Shown one piece after another: positions 48,480 to 55,993 of a DNA stretch of 64,000 bases. The notes beneath the pieces are model-generated. The model made no database searches. It was given only the letters and a program-made list of their open reading frames with translations, and had not been told where the DNA came from. Source of the DNA: Bacteroidota bacterium (GTDB taxonomy: Bacteria; Bacteroidota; Bacteroidia; 2-12-FULL-35-15); the NCBI GenBank assembly GCA_947466965.1, contig CANIFU010000003.1:23151-87150 (forward strand), read 5' to 3'. Each line of letters starts with the position of its first letter. The stretch's first letter is position 1. Position numbers and translations under genes: made by a program.

Positions 48480-49265
48480 TTAATTAATCTTAAATACAAC
48501 CCAGTTGCATTGTTTATCGGTTTGCGTTTTCATTCTTCCTATGGTAATAATTTTTTTATCAGAAGGATTTCTATACCATCCCTCATCCCAAGCTCCCATA
48601 TCTGTATATAATGCATCAATTACGCCTAGCTCAAGCATATCAGATGTAAAAGAAGATAAACTGATATTTTCATAAGACTCTATTACAGCTGTAATATTGT
48701 CTTTTAGTTTTACAATAGCTCTGCGTTGAAATAATTTTTCATCTTTATACTTTGCTCCTTTGCCTTTTTCAATCATTTGTATTTGTTGAAAAAGAGATCC
48801 TTTTTTTGAAACCAAAAAGTTGATGGTTGAATCGTTCAGTATTTTTCCTTTGCTAGTTGGAAAAATTTCAAATTCACCATTTATTATTTTTATTGCCCCA
48901 CCAAGTGAATGATTTACTTGGTTTTTATTTACTACTATACCATTGTTAATATAAAGTCCGTCTACTGAATTTTTTTTTAAATCGGTGAATGCTCCAGGAA
49001 AGCAAAGAAGAATATTGTTGTCCGCTTTGTTGGGTCGTATCAATGAAACATCGAGTTTTAAATTATTTTTATAAAATATCGTGTAATTGTAACCTGATCT
49101 TGTTTTTTTCTTTTCAATTGTTAAATCATTCTTTTCAATTTCCACGTTTTTAAATGCACATATCGAAAAGAAGATTGCAGCTGCAATGAGAGAAAAAATA
49201 GAATTAGTATAAAAATATCTTTTTGTTATCATTTTAAAAGTGTGAAAAACTTTGTTAATATACAA
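48480..49265 (-). CDS. Phosphodiester glycosidase-family (DUF2233-like) protein, membrane-anchored
   Basis: N-terminal TM. 'LCFPGAFTD...DGLYINNGIVV...GGAIKIINGE' resembles the NAGPA/phosphodiester glycosidase family often found in EPS loci. This is a recollection-based family call. Confidence 0.5.
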   Translation of the reverse strand: MYINKVFHTFKMITKRYFYTNSIFSLIAAAIFFSICAFKNVEIEKNDLTIEKKKTRSGYNYTIFYKNNLKLDVSLIRPNKADNNILLCFPGAFTDLKKNSVDGLYINNGIVVNKNQVNHSLGGAIKIINGEFEIFPTSKGKILNDSTINFLVSKKGSLFQQIQMIEKGKGAKYKDEKLFQRRAIVKLKDNITAVIESYENISLSSFTSDMLELGVIDALYTDMGAWDEGWYRNPSDKKIITIGRMKTQTDKQCNWVVFKIN

Positions 49266-49356
49266 AAAATGAATGAGGTGGAATACTGCTAATATTTCTT
49301 TTTCTTTGTTATAGCTTCCGAAATAGTTGGACGCTTCAACTAAATTCTAAACAATT

Positions 49357-50820
49357 ATGTCTTCATCTATCATTTTAATCTGTGTATTTGCTTATTCCTT
49401 GTTGTTATTCTATGTAACCTGGTGGACATCAAAAGGAGCGAATAATGAAAGTTATTACGTAGGTAATCGCTCTTCAAAATGGTATTTAGTAGCTTACGGA
49501 ATGATTGGTGCATCTCTTTCAGGAGTTACATTTATTTCTGTTCCAGGAGCTATAGGTACCGCCCAGTTTGGCTATCTCCAAGTAATTTTAGGCTATTTAG
49601 TGGGATATATTGTAATTGCTTATGTGTTACTGCCTCTTTATTATCGATTAAATCTGACTTCAATTTATAGTTATCTGAAGCATCGATTTGGCAACTATTC
49701 TTATAAAACCGGTGCGTTTTTTTTTATATTTTCCCGTGTTGTAGGAGCCGCTTTTCGGATGTATATTGTTGTGAATGTATTGCAAGAATTTGTTTTTGAC
49801 GATTTGCATGTTCCATTTTTTTTAACAGTTGCGGTTTTCATTTTGCTGATTTTATTATATACCTATCAGGGCGGTGTAAAAACAATTGTTTATACAGATA
49901 CGCTTCAAACGACATTTATGATAGTTTCCGTAGTGCTTTCAATTGTATTTATAATGCAGGATATGAATCTGAGTATTTCAGATGTATATCATAAAATATC
50001 TGATAGTCAGTATTCAAAAATATTTTTTGATGATTGGCATCAAAAATCTTTCTTTCCGAAGCAGTTTTTTGGAGGGATGTTCATTGCTATTGCTATGACC
50101 GGATTAGATCAGGAAATGATGCAAAAGAATATCAGTTGTAAAACATTAGGTGACGCACAAAAAAATGTATTGACATTTAGTGGGATTTTATTAATCGTTA
50201 ATATTTTATTTCTTGTACTTGGTGCTTTACTTTACATATATGCAAATCAGGATAGTATACCTTTGATGGTGGATGCGAAAGGGAAAATTATTTCCGACAC
50301 TGTTTTTCCATCAATTGCTTTGCATCATTTTGGTACATTATCTGGTGTTTTCTTTATTCTAGGACTAATATCTGCTGCTTATCCAAGTGCTGATGGAGCT
50401 TTGACAGCTTTGACCAGTGTTTTTTGTCTCGATTTTTTAGGTTTAAAAGAAGATGAAACAAAAACGGAAGAAGAAAAAATTAAAATCCGTCATCGTGTTC
50501 ACATTGCTTTTGCTACCATACTGTTTGTCGTTATCATTATTTTTAAACTTATAAATAATGATGCAGTAATAAATGAGTTATTTACATGGGCTGGCTATAC
50601 ATATGGGCCATTACTCGGTTTATATGCATTTGGTTTATTCACTAAATTGCAAGTAAAAGATAAGTTTGTTCCTCTTATTTGTATTATTTCTCCAGTTATA
50701 TGTTATACCCTGAATAATTATTCGAAGGAATTGTTGAATGGATATAAATTCGGATTTGAAATGATAATACTAAATGGAATAATTACTTTTTTTGGATTAT
50801 GGCTGATCAGGAGGAAGTAA
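49357..50820 (+). CDS. Sodium:solute symporter family transporter
   Basis: 487 aa, about 13 TM helices. The N-terminal 'YYVGNRSS...GASLSGVTFISVPG' pattern is characteristic of the SSF family. Confidence 0.8.
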   Translation: MSSSIILICVFAYSLLLFYVTWWTSKGANNESYYVGNRSSKWYLVAYGMIGASLSGVTFISVPGAIGTAQFGYLQVILGYLVGYIVIAYVLLPLYYRLNLTSIYSYLKHRFGNYSYKTGAFFFIFSRVVGAAFRMYIVVNVLQEFVFDDLHVPFFLTVAVFILLILLYTYQGGVKTIVYTDTLQTTFMIVSVVLSIVFIMQDMNLSISDVYHKISDSQYSKIFFDDWHQKSFFPKQFFGGMFIAIAMTGLDQEMMQKNISCKTLGDAQKNVLTFSGILLIVNILFLVLGALLYIYANQDSIPLMVDAKGKIISDTVFPSIALHHFGTLSGVFFILGLISAAYPSADGALTALTSVFCLDFLGLKEDETKTEEEKIKIRHRVHIAFATILFVVIIIFKLINNDAVINELFTWAGYTYGPLLGLYAFGLFTKLQVKDKFVPLICIISPVICYTLNNYSKELLNGYKFGFEMIILNGIITFFGLWLIRRK

Positions 50821-50965
50821 TTTTGTCTTCCGTATTTTTATTTATAAAATAAAGATCGCAGCTAAAATCATAACAATAATTACAATGAGGTATTGCCACA
50901 TATCCGGAAAATAGATTTTAACATATTCCCATGTACTCTTTTGTTTTCCTTTTTTTTCTTCCATC

Positions 50966-51763
50966 TTATTTAAAGTGTGTTTTAATGTTGTCTAAAAATT
51001 CATCAAAAAACAGATTGTTACCAGCAACGATTTCTCTATTAAACAGATAGTTTCCTTCACCTTTAAAATCTGTTACTTTTCCTCCTGCTTGCTGAACAAT
51101 AAATGATCCGGCAGCAACATCCCAGGGTTGAAGGCAGTATTCATAAAATCCATCAAAGCGTCCACAGGCAACGTAAGCTAAATCTGTTGCAGCAGAACCT
51201 AGCCTTCGCAGTCCTCTCGTATTTCGCATAAAGTATTTAAATAGCTCCATATATTCATCTAGTCGGCTGTAATCATAATATGGGAAACCGGTTGCTAATA
51301 AAGCATCCGATACTTTTGATGTGTTAGAAACATTTATTTCTTTACCATTTAAGTATGATTTACTTCCTTCCCATGCATAAAAACATTCATCCAAATTAAT
51401 TTCATAAATCACTCCAAGCACTAATTTTTCATTTCTCATTAAAGCGATACTTATTGCAAAAGATGGAATGCCATGAATGAAATTGGTTGTACCGTCTAGA
51501 GGGTCAATAATCCAATTGTATATATCCCCTTTTTTTGATGATGTTCCTTCTTCAGCAATAAATCCGGCTTCAGGGAGTAAAATGGCTAATTTGTCTATTA
51601 TTCGTTTTTCAGATGTTTTGTCAACATAAGAAACAAAGTCGTTTTTCCCTTTTACTTCGATTTTTTCTGACGTGAATTTATTTCGTTCCGATCTTATAAA
51701 AACGCCAACTTCTTTTGATAAAACGCAAACTTCTTTGCAAAGTGTTTGTATGTCGATCGTCAT
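50966..51763 (-). CDS. Inositol monophosphatase family protein
   Basis: 'WIIDPLDGTTNF' metal-binding motif and a C-terminal 'WDVAAG' motif. 265 aa. Confidence 0.88.
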   Translation of the reverse strand: MTIDIQTLCKEVCVLSKEVGVFIRSERNKFTSEKIEVKGKNDFVSYVDKTSEKRIIDKLAILLPEAGFIAEEGTSSKKGDIYNWIIDPLDGTTNFIHGIPSFAISIALMRNEKLVLGVIYEINLDECFYAWEGSKSYLNGKEINVSNTSKVSDALLATGFPYYDYSRLDEYMELFKYFMRNTRGLRRLGSAATDLAYVACGRFDGFYEYCLQPWDVAAGSFIVQQAGGKVTDFKGEGNYLFNREIVAGNNLFFDEFLDNIKTHFK

Positions 51764-51840
51764 AATTTTAGTTTATAAACAAAGTTACGTTTAAAACACT
51801 ACAATTTATTAGAAAATGGGAAGCAAATATTTGATTAAAT

Positions 51841-52686
51841 TTGAGTATGATTATTAAAAATTATACGAACAGTTATTTAAAACAGAATAGTCCCCATCTA
51901 TTTATAGGCATTCTTATGCTGTTCTTTTCATTTATAGGATTAGCTCAAACTGTTCCTTTGTTTGGTATTAAATTGAAATTTTCGGTTCAGCAAGGTGGTT
52001 TGGAAAATTCACTCATTACCATTACTCGCGATGGCAAACCCTATCGCATTATTGATCCCAGTAAAGGGAAATATTTTATTGATTTGGAATTGGGTTCCAA
52101 TTTTGTTTTTACGTTTAGTAAACCGGGACATATAACCAAGCAAGTAATTATAAATACTGTTGTTCCAAATGGCAGAGAGAAAGAAGATTTCGCCAAATTT
52201 ACAGCCGAGGTTGGTTTGGAGTTGCAGCCAGAAGATAAAATAGTGACGTATACCCAACCCGTTGGTAAAATAAAATATAGCGGAAATGACGGGGATTTTA
52301 ATTTTGATAAAGATTACACCCAAACGGCAACTGAATTACAAAAGAAAGATAAAGAAGCAGCAAAACCAAAACCGAAAGAACCTCCTCCGCCACCTCTTGT
52401 TGAGCCTAAATCGATTGTTCAATCTCCAGCTCCCAGCAACCCTATTCCTGAGCCCCCTAAACCTAAGCCTGCTGTTGTTGAACCTGTTTTCGAATATAAG
52501 CCTGCAGTGAAAAACAAAGAGGAAAAAGTAATTCAAAAAGATCGATTGAAAATTACAATTATAATTGTAAAGATTAACGATATTGATTTTGAATACAAAA
52601 AGGAAGAGTATACTTGGGGTGGAACATATTATTATCTGAATGGAAAAAACATAACCCAACCTACATTTGAAAAGGATACAGAGTAG
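51841..52686 (+). CDS. Secreted/anchored hypothetical protein with Pro-rich linker
   Basis: N-terminal hydrophobic segment. A beta-rich domain. 'KPKPKEPPPPPLVEPK...PEPPKPKPAVVEP' linker. About 60-aa C-terminal domain. Confidence 0.55.
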   Translation: MSMIIKNYTNSYLKQNSPHLFIGILMLFFSFIGLAQTVPLFGIKLKFSVQQGGLENSLITITRDGKPYRIIDPSKGKYFIDLELGSNFVFTFSKPGHITKQVIINTVVPNGREKEDFAKFTAEVGLELQPEDKIVTYTQPVGKIKYSGNDGDFNFDKDYTQTATELQKKDKEAAKPKPKEPPPPPLVEPKSIVQSPAPSNPIPEPPKPKPAVVEPVFEYKPAVKNKEEKVIQKDRLKITIIIVKINDIDFEYKKEEYTWGGTYYYLNGKNITQPTFEKDTE

Positions 52687-52712
52687 GTAATCCTTGGAAC
52701 GAAGCCGTCTGC

Positions 52713-52780
52713 ACATTCCCCTTCGTAAAAATGAAGTTAATTAGCACTCATTCCCCCTTAGTAAAAGGGGGTTAGGGGGA
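52713..52780. terminator. GC-rich direct repeat plus hairpin between convergent genes (candidate bidirectional terminator)
   Basis: Two copies of 'cattcccc(c)tt(c/a)gtaaaa', 35 nt apart. The second forms the stem-loop 'ccccct-tagtaaa-aggggg' (52753-52771). It is followed by 'ttaggggga'. It lies between the stop of the Pro-rich protein gene and the stop of lgt. Confidence 0.45.
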
Positions 52781-52915
52781 TTTGCTATTCTAGTTGTTTC
52801 GAATTTACTTTTTTAATGCGAATATATTATTAATCACTTGGATCCCTTTGAAAAAAGGAGGGCATGGGATTGAAAATTAACTCTAAATAGTACTTTAAGA
52901 GGAGTTATGATTTAA

Positions 52916-54079
52916 CTACTTAATTTTATGTTCTAATTTTTTGAAATAAAAAATTCCTGCCAATCCAAGAATAAACAAAATAGTTGAAATTAATTCAGCT
53001 TGTGTAAATCCAAAACCATTAACATGGTATAATGTGTTAACACGTATTTTTTCTATAAGAAAGCGCTCAGTACCATTGAAAATAAGGTAAATGGAAAATA
53101 AAACACCTGGTGTTTTTATTCGTTTTCTGATATTCCAAATAATAATAAATAAAAAAAGACACATTAATGTTTCATAAAATGGAGTAGGAAAAACTGCAGG
53201 AACTAAGTGGTTGCAATATTTATCAGCATTGCAATTCAAAATAGGTTCCCCGTAATTTACAACATTATGAGGGTAATCATAACTCCATAGCCAATCTGGA
53301 GACCAACTTAACCAATTTGGTTTCGGACTCACATTGTCTATACCCCAGTCACCATCACCGGAAAGGTGGCAGCCAATTCGACCAACAGCATATCCAATCA
53401 TTAGTGATGGAGCAGCTGAATCTATTAAATGTGGAATAGAGATGCTGTTTTTTTTGCCGTAATATATTAAAACAATTGAAGCAAGAATTAATCCCCCATA
53501 CATCGTTAATCCATCAAATGAAAGCAATGCACCAACGGGATCTGAAATAAATGTATCCCAGTTTTCTAGGTTATGGAAAATTTTTGCTCCCAACAGTCCT
53601 GCAAAGGCTGCAATAAGTGTCATGTTGCCAACATGCTGGTATGGATGTATCTTTTCTTCGTTCCAAATTGGTGTAGCTAATTTTGATTTTTCTTTTTCAC
53701 GATATTTCATGTAAATCGATATTCCTGCAAGAATGATACCTCCCAATAGATTACCTTTTGAAGAAAGCAGATACCCTTGCGTGTTTTCGGTGAAAGCGGA
53801 GAAATTAAAAAGTATGTAAAGTAATTTGTATCCGATTAAAAATCCAATTAAGCCAGATGAAAATAATTCGCCAATTGTTGCTTTTTGACCTTTTAGAATT
53901 TTTACTGTCGTAGTTTTTAAAAGCCCTTCTTGTTCTTTTCGTTTTAATTCTTTTATCCAGAAATAAGCAGCGATTAAGAATGAAATGGCAACAAAAAAAC
54001 CGAACATCTGTACCATTTTCAAAAAAGGAAGGTCGATGCCTAGCAAATCTTTTATAGCGTAATATAGTGAAGGGTACAT
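52916..54079 (-). CDS. lgt: Prolipoprotein diacylglyceryl transferase
   Basis: 'MYPSLYYAIKDLLGIDLP...FGFFVA' N-terminus. 'GxxxGRxGC' equivalent 'GYAVGRIGCHLSGDG'. About 7 TM helices. 387 aa, a long form with a periplasmic insert. Confidence 0.85.
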   Translation of the reverse strand: MYPSLYYAIKDLLGIDLPFLKMVQMFGFFVAISFLIAAYFWIKELKRKEQEGLLKTTTVKILKGQKATIGELFSSGLIGFLIGYKLLYILFNFSAFTENTQGYLLSSKGNLLGGIILAGISIYMKYREKEKSKLATPIWNEEKIHPYQHVGNMTLIAAFAGLLGAKIFHNLENWDTFISDPVGALLSFDGLTMYGGLILASIVLIYYGKKNSISIPHLIDSAAPSLMIGYAVGRIGCHLSGDGDWGIDNVSPKPNWLSWSPDWLWSYDYPHNVVNYGEPILNCNADKYCNHLVPAVFPTPFYETLMCLFLFIIIWNIRKRIKTPGVLFSIYLIFNGTERFLIEKIRVNTLYHVNGFGFTQAELISTILFILGLAGIFYFKKLEHKIK

Positions 54080-54243
54080 AGATTAGGTATAATAAAGTTG
54101 ATGCGAATTTACGAATCTTTACTTGAAGCAAAGTTTCTTTTTAATTCTACCGGCGTAGTCATTCTATATTCACTCACATCTGATTTTTAGACAAAAAAGC
54201 ACTTTGTTAGTAGTATGTATTTAATACTAATAAAGAAATTAAA

Positions 54244-54771
54244 TTATCCTTCTTTTTCTGTGTTTTCATATTTTACAATGTCAGTAGCAAAATCAACAAA
54301 AAACTTATGTGCTGAAGTAAATACGAAGCGGTTATCACCTGTTTTTTCGATAATGTTTCTTCTGTTTAATGTGTTGATGAAGTTTTTTCGAGCATCAGCA
54401 TCTTTTAGTTGTTTGTTTGAAAGAATCAAATCGATGTATGACGAATTTGTAAAATAGTTTTCTATTTCTTCCATTTCAAATTCACTGAATTGGATTCGTT
54501 CAAGGAAATTTTTCCCATCTCTATCTAACTCGTAACTCAAAAGAGCAATGAAAATACAGATATCACGAGATAACATTTCTGCGGACTCTTCAGAAACAAC
54601 ATAAGCGTAGTCCTGTGTTAAACGCAATTCATAATTGAACGATGCTTTAAAAAAGTAGGTATAGGATTGCTCATTATCTTTCACAGTTTGATAGGTGCGT
54701 TCATTGGGCAGCATAAATTTACCTGCCATTAGATCTTCTACAATTTGTCGGTGGTGATTAGGAAATTCCAT
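54244..54771 (-). CDS. Small component (175 aa) of three-gene SMC-like ATPase operon; possible MukE/JetB-like or ABC-3C third component
   Basis: Its start overlaps the upstream gene by 14 nt, suggesting translational coupling. It is acidic with mixed alpha/beta character. The C-terminal 'RRNIIEKTGDNRFVFT' could be a winged-helix. I recognise no catalytic motif. Confidence 0.55.
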   Translation of the reverse strand: MEFPNHHRQIVEDLMAGKFMLPNERTYQTVKDNEQSYTYFFKASFNYELRLTQDYAYVVSEESAEMLSRDICIFIALLSYELDRDGKNFLERIQFSEFEMEEIENYFTNSSYIDLILSNKQLKDADARKNFINTLNRRNIIEKTGDNRFVFTSAHKFFVDFATDIVKYENTEKEG

Positions 54772-55978
54772 GATTTGGATCGATTAGTTGTGATTGTTGA
54801 TTGATAGTTACTTTAGGTACCGTTAATGTGAGGTCGTTGATTTTTATTTTATCAAACTGTGGCTTAGCACCGTATTCACGTTCGATATCTTCATCAAATG
54901 CAAGGGTTGTTAGCGCAAAGAATTTTTCAATTTCTACTTTTTTATAATCTTCTTTCAATGTTTTGTTACACCAACTAAAAAAATTATCAACGGGTAAATT
55001 GTCTTTTAATTTTTTTGTATAATGATCTTTGTCAAAGATCCATTTTTCAGCTTCATTTTCTTCCTCTTCAAAATAAACATCTGTTTCATTTTTGAATTGT
55101 TCAAATATTTCAGATGCATTGAAGAATGTATCTTTTGAATAGACAGAAACTTCTTTTCTCTTCAGCAGTTTTGGTGCTTTACGTTTGTATGGATTCTTTA
55201 AGTAGGTGATCCAACCTGTTAAAATAATAGATTCTGTTCTGATACGCTCAATCAATGGAAGTAATTCGTTCGTCAGAATCTTTGATTGACGAAGCAAATT
55301 ATCATTTACCTGAATTAATTGAAAATAAAGTTTTTCAAACTGAATGCGAGCATTTTCATCATCAAAATTTAAACGATATTTATTAGATAACTCTGAAATT
55401 TCATATAATTTATTTGCAACAGATGTCGAGTGATTAATGTCAAGAATCTTATTCAGAGGGATAATATATTCATCGATCCAACGGGAAGCTCGAACAATTT
55501 TTTCACGATAATCAATTTTCTTAACATTCGCTTTTAATTCACGTGTTTCCTGTAATAAACTCTGTGTGTTACGCTCTACCATTTCATAGAAAGAACGAAC
55601 TTCAATTGCAAGATCGTTTAATCGTTGGCTTAATGTAACTTTATCACCATTGATATTTTCTCTGATCTTTCTGAACAGTTCAGCAATTGAAGTGTGATAT
55701 TTTTCAATTGTTTCGGGCAACATTGGTTTAAATTCACTCAAAATGAACTCAATTAAGTTGAAATAAACCGTACGTATTTCGTAATTGTCGTTTACGGGAC
55801 TCAATATTTTATATTCAATCAATTGTGAACGGATATCACTTTCGTGTTTCGAGACAATTTGATTCAATACTTCGAACTTTATGATCCCTTCATTGGATTG
55901 GGTTTCAAACAATTCAGCGATTACATCATAATGTTCTAGTAAAAATCGGAGTATTGTTTTTGGTTCTGCCTTCATCAT
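54758..55978 (-). CDS. Middle component (406 aa), all-alpha/coiled-coil; possible kleisin-like (MukF/JetA-like) or ABC-3C middle component
   Basis: Predicted almost entirely helical with heptad-like stretches. N-terminal about 90 aa could be a winged helix. It starts 16 nt after the ATPase stop. No nuclease or ATPase motifs seen. Confidence 0.55.
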   Translation of the reverse strand: MMKAEPKTILRFLLEHYDVIAELFETQSNEGIIKFEVLNQIVSKHESDIRSQLIEYKILSPVNDNYEIRTVYFNLIEFILSEFKPMLPETIEKYHTSIAELFRKIRENINGDKVTLSQRLNDLAIEVRSFYEMVERNTQSLLQETRELKANVKKIDYREKIVRASRWIDEYIIPLNKILDINHSTSVANKLYEISELSNKYRLNFDDENARIQFEKLYFQLIQVNDNLLRQSKILTNELLPLIERIRTESIILTGWITYLKNPYKRKAPKLLKRKEVSVYSKDTFFNASEIFEQFKNETDVYFEEEENEAEKWIFDKDHYTKKLKDNLPVDNFFSWCNKTLKEDYKKVEIEKFFALTTLAFDEDIEREYGAKPQFDKIKINDLTLTVPKVTINQQSQLIDPNHGIS

Positions 55979-55993
55979 TTATACTATTTTTAC

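Noticed and set aside
52009-52716. Several overlapping ORFs (74-126 aa) antisense to or overlapping the Pro-rich protein gene
   Set aside because: They are low-complexity (R/F/L-rich) translations of the complement of Pro/Lys-rich coding sequence. The sense-strand 281-aa ORF with a signal peptide is the coherent gene.
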